Shown one piece after another: positions 42,869 through 58,619 of a DNA stretch of 64,000 nucleotides. Origin of the DNA: Eledone cirrhosa (lineage: Eukaryota). The notes below the pieces were generated by a model. That model was not told the origin of the DNA and searched no databases. It worked only from the letters and a program-made list of their open reading frames with translations. Numbering within the stretch: the stretch's first letter is position 1; every line of letters begins with the position of its first letter. The position numbers and the translations under genes are program-made. The DNA lies in assembly GCA_964016885.1 (NCBI GenBank), contig OZ024740.1, positions 158,348,001 to 158,412,000 on the forward strand. The letters run 5' to 3'.

Positions 42869-43074
42869 ATATATGTATATATATTCATATATATATTCAT
42901 ATATATATTCATATATATATTCATATATATATTCATATATATATATAATATTATATACTAGCAGAATGGCCCGGCGTTGCTCTGGATTCTAAACATAGAT
43001 TGGCATGTTTATCCCTCCTTTCTGAAACAGTACAGAGAAATACGGAATACCTCAGCCTGTGCTTACATTTTGTG

Positions 43075-43127
<53 letters not shown>

Positions 43128-43386
43128 TTTTCTCTCTGTATTTCTTCTTTCTTTCTTCTTTCTTTCTTCTTTCTTCAATAATTTAAATTATTTGAATCTC
43201 TAACAGTTATGTAAATTACTATTATGTATTTTTAAGCTTTCTCACACGCACCCTCTGTATTATATGTAAATTTGTTCATGTCTCAATCTTAAGGTATATA
43301 AATATTGAGTTTTGTCATATCTTATTCACGACCATGACTGAATCTTAACCATCTACTAAGTCAGGGTATGTCAGGGCACATCATCT

Positions 43387-43453
43387 TATTTTATCTGATG
43401 AGGACGTACTGTTGAAGATAGCTCAGTACCTCTAAAATATGTATAATAAAATA
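43387..43453 (+). ncRNA. Degenerate hammerhead (GAAA mutated to AAAA)
   Basis: tattttat-CTGATGA-ggacgtactg..cagtacctct-AAAAT-atgt-ATA-ataaaata; same type as the HHRs at 22440 and 22809. Confidence 0.55.
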
Positions 43454-43671
43454 TACTTGATCACACGAATGTCTATTTTTGTTAATATTTTGAATTAATA
43501 TTAGTAACTCTGGAAAACCAAACTTGTTGAGTGCTTCCAATCTATTGTAAAACTCATTCTTTGATTTATTCATTGAACTTTGTTTAACCTTTAAATATAT
43601 ATATATATATATATATTAAAATAACAGATTAAAGTATATATTTATATTTATATAAAATTATATATATATAT

Positions 43672-43770
<99 letters not shown>

Positions 43771-44308
43771 CGTGAAATTAATAAACATTCGTTGTACTAC
43801 CTCTCTGTTTTGTTCCTGTTCAAATATTTTTCCATTATATATATATATAATTTTATATATAAATATAAATATATACTATATATATATAGTAATATTAATT
43901 AATTGATATCGACCAGGAGTGTGATAATTGGTGCTTTGATAACCGGAAATAATGAATCATTATGTAACTACGTTGATTAATAGGTTTTTATAAATACACA
44001 TATAACTCTGATTATTCATATCCAGTTATTTTTGTCTTTAACAAGTAATGTTGCCTGGCTTCTGACGAAACATAGCCGGTGGTAAGCTAATTGGAACAAA
44101 TGTTCCCTACTAAGCTCCGAGCTTTTCGGGGCCACACGCTAGAGTAATCTGCTGTCCGTACATCAAGTACCCACAACATCACATTGCAGTATATATGTTA
44201 CATACACACACGTACAAACGCACTCATACATACATAATACATACATACATACATACATACATACATACATACATACATACATACATACATACATACATAC
44301 ATACATAC

Positions 44309-44823
44309 ATGGTGGCTGCCAACTCGTTTTCGAGTACGGCCACTACTTTATATCCATATAGGAGAACCCCTACCGATGCGCTGAACAAGTGTGACTTTTT
44401 AGTCCAGCCAGCGACTTGAAAACTCTGGTACAAACACTACACTTGTGACAATTATTGACACACAGTGCTGGGCCCATGGTATCATGTGATGACAAGTACA
44501 GAGAGATCTCCAGATACAAAGCAATGCCTCTGCCGTGAAGCTTTTGTAGTGAGCAAAGGCACTGCACAAAGCCAGTCCCACTCTCTTAACCAAGATGATA
44601 TTTACCAAAAAGAAGAACAAGTCAACATCATTGGATACCATCAGGGTTGCAGGTGTTATATCAGAGTTTTCATTCTCCTAGAATTCTGCCTTGACAAAGG
44701 CTAAGGGGTCATCTCTCCTGGTGATTTTGAATGGCCATTGACTCTTAAGAGCTCCTTTGCCCTTTGACAGGTTTTGTTTTTAGTCCTGCAGGATGTCCAA
44801 AGTCACCCTCCTCACCAAGAAAC
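44309..44823 (-). mobile_element. ~515-bp RTE-related non-autonomous element in (CATA)n
   Basis: Same ends as 49222-49737; CSVCTRVFKSLAGLKSH remnant; tcgaaaacgagttggcagccaccatgt tail. Confidence 0.65.
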
Positions 44824-44864
44824 CTACATACATACATACATACATACATACATACATACATACA

Positions 44865-44968
<104 letters not shown>

Positions 44969-45194
44969 TACATACACATAGACAGTCAACGCGATCAGTC
45001 GCATATTTTGGCGTTTGAGACTATTTATTAAATTTAAGATGAATACTATCTCCGACAGTAATGCCACAACTACAGCCAGGTTTAATAACTGCTTATTCTT
45101 CTAACTATCCCTTCTGAAGACACCTTTTATTCGAATTCGTAGAGATATCCGACTGAATACATAATTCATTTTACAAGGATTTGCTATAAACAGC

Positions 45195-48100
45195 ATGGCT
45201 GAACACAACATCAACAAAAAAATTAAGGAAGTATCGAAGATAAATAACAAGGAAGGTAATCAAACTTTATTCAGTTGTAGCTACAGAAGAAACCGAAATT
45301 ATAAATCGCATTTCTCTTCGAGTTGCGAACTTAATAATGATTTATTTAATTGTTATAAAATGGCAAAAAACAATCCCTCCATTAGCTATATGAATAGAAT
45401 GGAGCTACACTGGGACGAAATGCAACCAGAGCTAAATTATTTCACAGCGAAACAATTACGCCAACAAGCGACGTTTGTTGAACGTAAAAATAATATAAAT
45501 ATTATTAATTGTAAGTCCTCCACAACAAACATGGAATCAACACGTGCTACAGGTCGCCATGCTACTAGACTTCATAGCAGCCAGGTCGAACAGCGCCTTG
45601 AAACAACTATGCCTGTAAGAAATTTGACACCACCTGTACCATCTAAGTCTACCTCGAATGCTGGGGAAAACACTATCGATAATAATAATAATCGAAGAAA
45701 TAATAATAATAATCGAATAAATGTGACACCACGTATACCATCCGAGTCTACATCGACTGTTGTGGAAAATACTATCGATAATTGTTTCTACTATTGGCAC
45801 AAGGCCAGCAATTACTCAGTACATTACTGGTACTTTATTTTATCGACCCCGTAAGGATGAAAAGCAAAGTTAACCTCAGCGTGATTTGAACTCAGAATGG
45901 CAAGGGCCGTAACTCTATGCGTCAAAGCATGGCGTCCGACCCTCTACCGATACTGCCAATTCAATGATAATCAAAAGTATAAACAATTGAAAATTTCCCT
46001 CAACGAAATCTTCCAGAGAGAAATTAACTCATGTATAAATATCTCTTTTGCTGAACGTGTTAAAATGACAATGGTGAATAAAAAACCAAATAATGAAATA
46101 CTACGTGTTATTGACGAAATAGGGGATGAATATTTACGACGGATAAAAACCCCAACATTTTGGCAAATCAACGCCTGTTCATAGCCTTAGCAATGACAGT
46201 GAAGCATTATCTTGGTGATAGCAGAGATATTAACAAGAACAGAACACCACCAAAAATACCATCATATATAACTAAAATAGAAAAAAAAGAGTGCTGACCT
46301 ACGAAAAAACATAGGACATGTGACAATGCTCCTTACATGCAAACAAACACAAAAAAAACCTCACTCCTCACCAATAAAGAGTGAAAAATAAAATAGAGAC
46401 GATGTTTGGTAACAGTAGAACCAGAACTCTCCAATATAAGCTGATCACTCTCAAACAAGAATTGAGAGCTGTTAGCGAAAAACGCCGATACCTGAAGAAG
46501 GTAGATGAGAGAAAAGTGCTTAATAAAAGATTCAGACGAAACCAAACATCAGTCTATAGAGATATGAAGGGCAAAATAATAAGTGAGAAAAATATGGGGT
46601 GAAAAGAAGAATTTCAACCAAGGTGCAGTGTGGCTAAGAAATCCGAAAGAACTATTGCTCCTACACTACAACAAAAACATACGAAATAAGTGAGGGTACC
46701 CTTGAGACTGTGATAGGAAAACTCCAAGATGAGAAAACACCAGGAAGAGACATGATTGTCGGCTACTTGTACAAAAAACTAATATTCTATCGGAGGTATC
46801 TTACTGACCTCTACCAACAAGTTCTTAAGAGAGATACACTTATACCAGAATGGTTGACATTAGCACAAACGTTACTGGTCCCCCAAAACAAAGACACCCA
46901 CTTGGCAAAAAACTACCGACCCATTGCATGCCAGAACCTGATGTATAAGATGTATACAGCCTGCCTGAACCTATTCCTCCAAGATCACTGTGAAAATAAT
47001 AACATCATCACAGATTAACAAGCAGCTGGAAAGAAAGGGGTTTGGGGATGTGCTGAACAAATCCTAATCAACAAAACTGCGATGTCGGAGGTGCGACAAC
47101 TTGGGAAGAATATGACTACAGTCTGGCTGGACTACAGGAAAGCTTTCGATTCTGTTCCCCACTCTTGGATGATAGAGGCCCTCCAACTTGATAAAGTTCA
47201 AGACATTATTGTCAGAGCCATAGAGAGGCTGTCTTCTTCTTGGGCTACTATCCTAAGGTTAAAGACAGAGAGGGAGGACTCTATTTTCACTGATAAAATA
47301 AAATATTGCAGGGGTATATTTCAGGGGGACAGTCTCTCTGTGATATTGTTCATCTTGTCATTAAACCCCTTGTCCTTTCTGCTCAAGAAATGTGAGGGAT
47401 ACATCATTGGCTCACAGGAGGACAGAAATACGAACCTAACCCATAATTTCTTTGTTGACGATCTGAAACTCTATGCCAAGAACATGGATGGGATGAAGAA
47501 AAATCTTGACCTGGTTACAACGTTCTCAAAGGATATAGGAATGGAGTTTGGCCAAGATAAATGCTCATACATGACTGTAAAGCGGGGAAAAACAACAACC
47601 CAATCTAGCAACATTGTCATCAATGATCTAACTGTTTCACCGATATCTGATGAGGACTGCTACAGATACCTGGGGATAGATGAGAACATATCCTATAATG
47701 GTATCTGTAATAAAGAACGCGTAACCAGGGAATACTACACTCGTTTAAGAAAGATCTGGTCATCAGAACTCTCTGCGCAAAACAAAACAGTGGCTCACAA
47801 TGTGTTTGCTGTGCCTGTCCTAACACCAACGTTTGGTATACTCAATTGGACGATAGACGAAATCCGAGCAGTTGATGTTGGAACTCGAAAAATGTCGCAT
47901 CATATCTCTCCGACAACATCTACGAACCTCGAAGCGTAGGAGCCCGTCTCTCGAGCAAGTCTATCTGCATGAAACAGATAAGATCATGAGAGTTGGGAAG
48001 GAACTCCTTGAGACATATTCCCTGTGTGATAATCAAAAACTCACACCCAGGGATGTCGCTGAGCAGTATCGCAGTGAATCCATGGATGAAAAACTGCATG

Positions 48101-48864
48101 CCTATCAGCAAAAAATCAGGCATGGATATGTTGCCAGGAAGCTCCAGAGTGAGAGTAATATAGATAAGGAAAGTAGTCTATCTTGGACCAACAACCGCTA
48201 TATTGGCTCCTACTTTGAAGGATACGCTTTTGCAATCCAGGAACAGGAGATTAGCACGAAATACCTAATTCACAAAAGAGATAGGGATGCAGGCAAAACA
48301 CCTAGATGTGATAACAAGTGCAGACTCTGCAGAATTAACATCGAGGATATCACCCATGTCATCAGCAGCTGCCCAAAGATGTCATCGTGGTACTATCTAC
48401 CTATGAGGCATGATGTAGTGGCCAAAACACTGTACAATGCAGTTCGTAAAAAAGATAGCCCCGATAATAAACACATTAAAAGCTACAACAATGTGGAAGA
48501 GATCCATGTACATAATATGAAAGAGTACTGGTGGAATGTTCCAGTAAAAACCCCAATAAAATGCAGGCATAACAGACCAGATATGATAAGGGACAGGGAG
48601 AAGAAAACATGCACAGTAGTGGAAATTAGCTGCCCAGCAGATGCCAATATAATATCAAAGATTAGTGAAAAGGAGAATATTTATGCAGAACTGATGAGAA
48701 ATCTGCAGATACTCCACCCTGATTACACCTTCAGATTTATGCCTGTGATTATTGGGGCACTGGGATATGTTAGTAACTGCCTCAATACAAATCTTGAGAA
48801 GCTAGACTTCACAGGAACAGAAAGAACACAACTAGTTAAGGAAATTACAAGTACAATCCATTAA
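45195..48864 (+). pseudogene. Disrupted single ORF (RT + CCHC + restriction-like endonuclease)
   Basis: ORF pieces 45195, 46381, 46710, 47082 and 47872 are collinear. Confidence 0.8.
45780..45960 (-). mobile_element. SINE family 1 nested in the R4/Dong-like element
   Basis: Near-identical to 5625-5805; interrupts the ORF. Confidence 0.8.
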
Positions 48865-49221
48865 TGGGACAGTAAAAATATGTAAAACATTCCAAAAATG
48901 TTGCATCTAATAACTGCATATACACATGTACAGATGCAAAGCATATACACATGCACACATACAACTCAAAATATACACATCCACACATACAATAACATCC
49001 ATATCTACACATGCATGCATACATACATATCTACCTAGTTGATGTTGTGTAAATTTCAATGAGAGAGTATTGTGTCTATGTTAGAAACCGACTCTCTCTC
49101 TATTGGTAAAACTTTGTGAAATTATAATACTTACATATATACATACATACATGCATACATGCATACATGCATACATATATACATACATACATACATACAT
49201 AAATACTTACATACATATATA

Positions 49222-49737
49222 CATGGTGGCTGCCAACTTGTTTTCGAGTACGGCCACTACTCTATATCCATGTAGGAGAACCCCTACCAATGCGCTGAAC
49301 AAGTGTGACTTTTTAGTCCAGCCAGCGACTTGAAAACTCTGGTACAAACACTACACTTGTGACAATTATTGACACATAGTGCTGGCCCCATGGTACCATG
49401 TGACGACAAGTGCAGGGAGATCTCCAGATATAAAGCAATGCCTGTGCCGTGAAGCTTTTATAATGAGCAAAGCCACTGCACAAAGCCAGTCCCACTCTCT
49501 TAACCAAGATGATATTTACCAAAAACAAGAACAAGTCAACATCATTGGATACCATCAGAGTTGCAGGTGTTATATCAGAGTTTTCCTTCTCCTAGAATTC
49601 TGCCTTGACAAAGGCTAAGGGGTCATCTCTCCCGGTGATTTTGGATGGCCATTGACTCTTAAGAGCTCCTTTGCCCTTTGACAGGTTTTGTTTTTAGTCC
49701 TGCAGGATGTCCAAAGTCCCCCTCCTCACCAAGAAAC
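49222..49737 (-). mobile_element. ~515-bp RTE-related non-autonomous element, second copy
   Basis: Collinear with 44309-44823, scattered substitutions. Confidence 0.65.
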
Positions 49738-49799
49738 CATACATACATACATACATACATACATACATACATACATACATACATACATACATACATACA

Positions 49800-50220
49800 T
49801 GATGACTGCAAACTCTGCTAAGAGTACTGCAATCGCTTGTCATATTATACAGTTTGGTGCACTTTTAGGCTACGGCCAGCCACACAAACCTCTAACATAT
49901 CCTGAACAAGCAATGCCTGTGCTTTGAAGGTTTTTTAAGTAGGGAAAGGCCTTGCACTCGACCAATCCCACTCTCTGAGCATCGAAAACACTACCCGAAA
50001 AGGAGAACAGGTCAACATCATCGGATGCTTCCGAAACCGCAAGGTTTTTTTCAGAGTTTCCCAGGTAAAAAAAAAAAAGTACTATTTGGATGGCCGTTGA
50101 CTCTGCTGAGTTCCTCCGCCCACTGCGGGGTCTTGTATTTCATCACGCAGGGTGTCCAAATATGATCCTCCTCACTAAGCAGTGGGGTTGCCGGTTTAGT
50201 TGCCGACGACCAGACCATGA
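49800..50220 (-). mobile_element. Diverged RTE-related short element in (CATA)n
   Basis: Shares the tttggacac..ggcggaggaactc..gagtcaa.ggccatccaa motif with 20268-20770. Confidence 0.55.
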
Positions 50221-50339
50221 TACATACATAATACCTACCTACATACATTCATACCTACCTACCTACATACATACATACATACATACATACATACATACAT
50301 ACATACATACATACATACATACATACATACATACATACA

Positions 50340-51210
50340 AAAAAAAAATTGACCAATTTACAGAGAAAGTTGTGCATGGATACTTGAGGCGTAAAACACA
50401 GACCATAGAGGGGATAAACCACTCAAAAAGCCTGGCATGGAGTTCCGACAAGTTTATGACATCACACCTTGAGGGATATCTCTATGCAATACAGGAACAA
50501 GAACTCCCTACCAAATATCTGCTGCACAAAAGAGGAGGGCCAGCAGCTGACAATAAATGTAGGCTATGTAAAACAAAGATCGAGGATGTAAGCCACATTG
50601 TTGCCAGCTGCGAAAGAATGTCATCTCGCTACTACCTCCCCATGAGACACGATGGGATAGCTAGAACTATCTGGAACGCACTTCGGAAAACAAAATTAAC
50701 AAACGAGGAAGAATATATTGAGACAGATGGCACTAAGGAATACTGGTGGAACCTGAAAATAAAAACTGCCACCAAATTAAAGCACAACCGGCCTGATATT
50801 GTAGTTTGGGACCACACATTGAAAACGTGTTCTGTTGTGGAGATCAGCTGCCCACTTGATGTAAACGTTGTCAGAAAAATACAGGAGAAGGAGGACATCT
50901 ACGGACCATTGATGAGGAGCTTACAAATCCAGTATCCAAGATACACCTTTAGCTTCATACCCATCGTTATTGGTGCTACGGGTTATATACCAACCCGCTT
51001 GGACCAAAGTATGACCGAACTTGGATTTGCGGACAAAAAGCGCAGCTCCCTAATTCATAGTCTACAAATGGCTGCGATAGCTGGCACCTTCAAAATATGC
51101 AAAACATTCTTGCGATTCAAGGGATGACAATTTCTTTTCTTTTACAACCTTGCCACCAGGAAGGTGGCCGGTCAAAAAAAATATACTCGAAATTAAGAGA
51201 AAGAGAAAAC
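50340..51210 (+). mobile_element. R4/Dong-like family B 3' fragment with open RLE frame
   Basis: AIQEQEL, CRLC..HIVASC, RHD, RPDIVVWD..VVEISCP; starts directly after (CATA)n. Confidence 0.85.
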
Positions 51211-51562
51211 ATACATACAACGTGGAAATCGAAACACCGAACAGCTCGAAATGATAATAGCGTTAGATAATCTGGTAGGATATACTTAGGGACTGCTGGC
51301 CACTTTACTCTATCGAGTAACGTTACTCCAAAGACCCTTCGGAGGAACCCAATTTCGTCCTCTTGTATTCGCGATCGGATTCTTTCGGTTATTATCCAAG
51401 ATTCATGACCTTGGCTAAGGGTTGGAACGAATAACGAATTGATGATAGCGAGTTTGGCTTTTACGCCTACCTACCTTCTTCTGATTACTGTATGTATATG
51501 TATATGATTTCCTTCGAATGAAACAGTTCTAGTCCTGTAGAAGCCATTTCTATATTAAATCT

Positions 51563-51593
<31 letters not shown>

Positions 51594-51669
51594 TTGTGTA
51601 TGTGTGGGTGTGTGTGTGTGTGTGAAAAGAGTCAGGACCCCGATGGCTGAGCTCCGGCCGTTTCGACCG

Positions 51670-51711
<42 letters not shown>

Positions 51712-53994
51712 GAGAGAGAGAGAGAGAGGGAGGGAGGGAGATAGAGAGAGGGAGAGAGGGGGAGAGAGAGACTACTCGACATATGACAGGATTCCTTTCC
51801 AACTAATCGGATATAAATTGATATTTATACATCATTATAAGTATTTATCAATATATTTCACTTTTTCCAAAATTTGCTTACTATAATTTCAAATTATAAT
51901 GATACAATATATAATACTACAAAATCCATTACTACATTTAATGATAGGACCGGGCGTAAGGTTTGGGGGTGGGATGGATTGAAAATGTTCTTATATCATG
52001 CGTGCGTAGGGATATTTGAATATAACTACCGATGCAAAACAGATGCAAAGAGAAAGTTGGAAATGTTCGCGCATGGGAATATAAACGGTCGTAACAGCGA
52101 GTAATCATAAATCCCGCAGACCATATCGCGAGGTATGCTTGTATAGAAACACATACACACTCACACACACACACACGCACATTATATATCTATATATATA
52201 AAGTGAAGTTGGGCGTTGTTTGTTTGTTTGTTTGGTGTCCCGAACTTGCAGACTACACCGTTCATCCGATTTTCATGAACCTTGACACATATATAAAACT
52301 CGACCCGTAGATTGGAATAGGCTACTTGAAAGCCAAAAATCGATGTTTTCAAAAATCGATAATTGGATCACCAGAGACAAAAATCGATATTTACGAAATT
52401 TGTCCGAATCCAATGAAATTTGACGTAGGTATGTATTTTGATGTGGGGGATCAAAAAATCGATAATCGGACCCCCAGAGGCAAAAATCGTCCGATTTCAA
52501 TGAAATTTGATATTTCCACAATAATAGATCCATTAGGAGTTACTCCAAGGCTGCAAAAATTCAGAAAGTTTTTTTAAACTAATAAATCATGCGTTAAATG
52601 AGACCTTTAAGAGTTAGGGCAGACAATTATTCATAATTTAATTATCAATGGCGCAATATTGTGGAAATATGCAAATCTACGCCTTTCTTTATGGGAAAAT
52701 GGAAGGCTTTACAAACAGATATTCAGGGTTCTTTGAGTAGAATTCTTAATTCTTAAGTAATTGTACAGTCAACAAAATATATGACAGAATGTTTTTCATA
52801 TTTTTTTCGATTTCAATGAAATTTAATCAATTTCATATGCCCATATAAGCACGCACACACTGTGACTCACGCGCGTTATTGATTGGACGGCCTGACTATA
52901 CCACGAGAAGTATGTTTTCTCAACGATAGATACACAAACAGGTATGCACGCACGTGCGAACCGTCTTTTTATCTTTGTGTGTATCCGCTTTTTGTGAACA
53001 ACAATAAATCCGGCCGTCTCACTAAACGGACCTTTACAGAATTTGCCCACTTATCGGTGAGTTTGTGCTTATTTATTTAGTCTACTTGCATGCCATTTCA
53101 GTTAAATTTAATTCATTCTTCGCCTTCCTTAAATTTAAAAATCCCCATTGGGACTAGGGGATTGTCAACATCTTAGCGTTAAACTTTTCATATTCCCCCT
53201 TATTCAAGTGCAAGTACAGTATTATCCCTATCTGAAAGGAAACCAAATTTAATGGTGTCTTTTGTGATGCCAAAAGCTAAAAGCGGTGAGTAAATTTTCA
53301 AACAGTCTTAAATAATCATGATTTTTGAAAAAAATTTACTAAATAATACTTTGACCAAGTTGTATTGGACACATACAAAGTTGTAAAATATGTTACGTCC
53401 GTACCAATTTTTTCCTTTTTAAACAAAAGGTTCTAAAACATTACTTAATTCATAACACTACTGTCACAGCCTTTTGCACAGGAAGTGAGTAAGTTTTCGG
53501 GTTTTTAAACGTAAGTTCACCAGGGTTTGTGTCTTTTCCATTATTAGCCCACCTTTAATGGCATTTTTGGTTCTGTTTACGACTAAATGTTATGAGCGTA
53601 TTTGCAAATTGCTAATGTTCTTTAATTTTTTAATTAGTTGTCATAGACCATTTGCATGCAGTGTAATTGATTGCGCACACGTACACACCTGCATGCAGAT
53701 AAAGACTGACAGCTAATAAAAAATCGATAATTTGCTTATTAAGACATCAGTCCAAAAGAGAGATTGAATGTACTTTAGAAAATCTTTTGAATATATTGTT
53801 CTTTTTTGGCATGATATGTCAGAAATATAGCTACTGTTCACTTTGGTTATTTTTTGTAACAAAGAAACGGTTCCTTTTGGGTGGATACTTAACGAGAAAG
53901 ATCCCAGGGTTTTGGACAAGTTTGTTTCAGGCACTGTATAGACGCCAATTTTGTCACACCTTGCTCATGAATTCGTATTCTTTTCCAATGGATA

Positions 53995-54250
53995 CCGTAT
54001 TTTCCGCTCTATAAGGCTCACCGGGATATAAGGCGTATCATTTAAAATCAGGTCCGCGCAACGGCGTGTAAGGCCAACCAGGAAAATGCTATCTTCTTTA
54101 CTTTTAGTCTAGATCTATTACTTCTGTTACAGCCGTGATTGATTACCATTGTATTATTTATACATAAGGCTCACCGGAGTATAAAGCGCAGAGCTGTTTT
54201 TTTATGAAATTTAGGTATTTTAAGTGCACTTTATAGGCCGGAAAATTCGG
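53995..54250. mobile_element. MITE (Tc1/mariner-pogo type)
   Basis: TIR ccgtattttccg.tctataa / ttataggccggaaaattcgg with TA on both sides. Confidence 0.65.
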
Positions 54251-54772
54251 TAAGTTATTATAATCATATTTCCAAACCTTCCCATTCACCAGTAACCATG
54301 CTAGCGAATCTGGTGTCCCTCTCTTTGTACTTAATCACCCCTCTCTAACCTAACAGCTTCGTTACACGTCGTTATGCCCACACGGAAACGTTCAAGACTT
54401 ACCTCCAAAAAAGATACAGCTACTGCTTTGAGACGACGAATTAGGCGTTCATTCACAATTGCTTAATCCTTTATGCAATATTCTCCCTTAATGTTAGCAA
54501 GCACTGCGTTTATCCTAACTGTCACCACTTTTAAGCAACTACAATATTATAATCGTAATTATATTAAATTTATTGTCTTACCTTGATTCTCTTTTGTTCA
54601 TATTACACTTTTCTCATTTACTATTGGCACAGTGCCTTTGGCTTAGCTAACCAGTAGCATTAATTAACTTTCTCTAGGAAACACCTGCTGAGCGTGAATC
54701 TCAACTCGCTGATAGTCGTCTTTCCCAGCTGGTTGAGTCACCAACATCCCGTACGACGAGGCTTGCTGGTGT

Positions 54773-55245
54773 TTGCCTTCGTCGCCAACGATGCGGCTTG
54801 CTGGCGTTCGCCTTCGTCGTCAACAAGCGCTTGCAGAGGAGTCCACGGCAGACAGAGACAACAGGCTTGCCGCTAAGCGTTCCCGGCATACATTAGCTAC
54901 TGCTGCCAAGAGCTCAGGCTGGGTAAAAGCAGCCTTCAGATATAACCCCTCTGAGGATTACGGACTTCTGCCTACAGTTTCCATTGGCAAAATGGATAAT
55001 GTCTGTACATCCTGCAAGGCAATGAAGTGGCCATGCGAGGCGCCTTCTATGGGCTGTGCAGGAGGTAAGGTGCAACTAGAGGCATTGACTGACCCGCCAG
55101 ACGTTCTTCTGAATCTACTTACAGGTGACGACACTACGGCTACAACGTTCCGCCGTAACATGTGGAAATACAACTCCTGTTTCATGATGACCTCCTTTGG
55201 TGTAGACAATAACAACACCAACAACAGCGTGAACCCCAACAACAA
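54773..55245 (+). pseudogene. Helitron RepHel N-terminal zinc-finger region, truncated
   Basis: AAFRYNP..IGKMDNVCTSCKAMKW..EAPSMGCAGGKV.L..L..PP..FRRNMWKYNSCFMMTSFG. Confidence 0.8.
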
Positions 55246-56132
<887 letters not shown>

Positions 56133-58619
56133 TATATAGTTTAACAAAATGCTTTACAGTAGTTTTGACATGCCCCTTTACTATCTGAGTCTAAATCCCC
56201 ACCACCACCTCCAGATCAATTTTCTCTGTCAGTCCTTTGCGGCATTCAAATATATAACAGTTAAGATGTAAGCCATCAATAGAAGCTGAAGTCACTGGGA
56301 TGCCATCGTGACATACATGGTTCTTTGCGCTCTTGGTTATCTAAATATGGTGATGCCCATTTTAATCTAGGTTTCGCCACCGCCAACATCGATTTAAAGG
56401 GGAAGTAGCATTTGAGCTCAAAGCTCTGAGAGTAAGAACAAATAACACAAAGCCTTTTAAATGGTTCTGACGACATTACCATTTCGTCACTTACCCTATG
56501 CTATTATCCGTGATTTTACAATATATTAGATATTACAAGCACAAATCTGAGTGAAAGAAAATCAACATAGGATTCGAACTCAGAACTGAGATAGCTGGAA
56601 CAAGTACCGCAAGGCTTTCTAGCTAACGCTCCAATGACTAAACTATTATCTATCAATTGAAAATTAGTTCATTGTCTCCATGCAGACTAATGAGTTGTGA
56701 TATTACATTATATGCATCAATTTGAGATAGGAAAATAGTAACAGATCCAGTGACAAAATTCTAGTCACGTATCTATCGTTTGACAAGAGGAATTAGCGAT
56801 TAAACGATACAGTATCAAGTTTTTCATCTCAAATTAAGTTCCATAATCCTATCTTTTTTTTTAACATTCTTATTTGTTGGCAAGTGTCCCGTTCATAGGG
56901 CTGTTGCTCGTTTCTGTCTCAAAATATTTGTTATGGCGTCCAAACATTTATGGGCATTTAACTCTTGATGACGTCCTTGGGACTTTAAACCTGAAGTCCA
57001 TCTTTCTCCAGACAGAAAGAGAGATAGAGATAAACAGAGAGAGGGAGGGAGACGGAAAGAAAGTGAGAGAGAAAGGGGGGTGGATTGATACTTTATTTAT
57101 AGAGCTTGAAAGAATGAAAGACTAAGCTTACCAAGGCAAGATTTGAACTCGGAGCATAGAGAACTGGAATGAATACCTCAAAGCATTATGTGCGACGTTT
57201 TAACCTCCCTGCCAATTCACCGCCTTAATGCTTATAAACTTCCATTGAAGAAAATTTTCGCAGTTAATTTATTCAATTACTTGGTTTGGTCTTCTTTTCA
57301 CAGAAGTTTTTGTCCCTCTGTCCGTTATCACGTGAAAATAGAAACATTGCCAGACACTTGTTGATGGGATAGTTTATCAGAGGTTTGTTTGTCTATTGAT
57401 TGTTTTCATGTCAATGCAACTGATTTCCTCCAGTGGCCGATCTAATATCCCAAATGTTAATACCAATAGTGGTATTAAAAATGCATTGTGGGATATCGAT
57501 TTTTCTTCTTTTACCACTACTACTACGACGAGAAATGTTTCCTTTGCCATACGATTCCGAGTCTGGTGTAGAATTTCTTGATCACTACAGCTTCCATCAC
57601 ATTATCATTGTAAGACATATCTTCATCTATCTTAAGGTATTTATAGCTTTCATAATACAAAAGAAGAATGATAAAAAAAAACGACATTGATACTAATGGT
57701 TTCCTGTTTGGCATGAAGTTGCTACATGATTTATCGTAATATTTGTCCTACTCAAATACCATTCTAATGTCATCTGAATATGATTTTATTAAGTAATCTG
57801 GTTTATTGGCTCCCTCGATGTTACTGGAAGAGATTTTTTTATCTTTATTTTTCTTGACATTAACGAAGAGGCTGCAAGTAGCATCGATTTTCTTGGTTAT
57901 TGAAGTTAAGAGCATATACTTCATGAGCTAACATAGATATCACAAATGTTTTAGTGCCACAATTAAGAATTAAAAAAGCAGTCCTGCAACGTCTTCTGAT
58001 ATGAAATGGCTTCATCGGTGATTTTAAAAAAGTATGTTATGAGACAGACACGTTGGAAAGAAGCTCCAAAATGTATCTAATGGGTTAGCCATTCACACAG
58101 CTGATAAAATTAAAAATCTTATTTTGGACACCGTTCCTTACATTTTCAGCTCATATACTCTGTTACCCTATTACGTGTTCCAGCCGAAGATATAAGCCTA
58201 GACCTTAAAGGAGTAGGATATTGTCGATTAAATAGATCCTTCAGCACTTCACTTTTGTAAGGTAAAAGTGCGGAATCAATAAAGCGTCGGATAATATGTC
58301 TTGAGGTATTCGTTCCGGTTCTCAGCAGTCTGAATTCAAATTCCGCAGAAATCAACTTTGCTTTTCAACTTGATCTACTAACCTGACTTATTCCTCTTTA
58401 ACTATATGTGTCTTTATTTCATTTTATTATTTTAACCAATATAAGAATGACCACTCTTAACTTACATGAATGTTAGTCAACTCAAGAAGTACGATATCAC
58501 GGCAACGAGAAATTTGTATTGACCAATAGGACGTCCATATTCCTTCTTTTTATTCTTAATCTTTTTTCTTCTTTGCCCATTTATTCCTGGGAGGGTCGTA
58601 GGGGAAGAGTAATTAAACA

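Larger units (their letters stand above)
44990..49125 (+). mobile_element. R4/Dong-like RLE non-LTR retrotransposon (family A), near full length, decayed
   Basis: YRPIAC, WLDYRKAFDSVPHSW, RGIFQGDSLS, FVDDLKLY, CRLC..HVISSC, RHD, RPD..VVEISCP; (CATA)n/(CTTA)n flanks. Confidence 0.85.
52189..55245 (+). mobile_element. Helitron 5' portion
   Basis: 5' a|TCtatatatataaagtgaag + (gttt)n, followed downstream by the RepHel N-terminal ORF; extent inferred. Confidence 0.6.

Noticed and set aside
44060-44150. ctgacga core-like word in a TA-flanked insert
   Set aside because: No matching stem II, GAAA or cleavage triplet found
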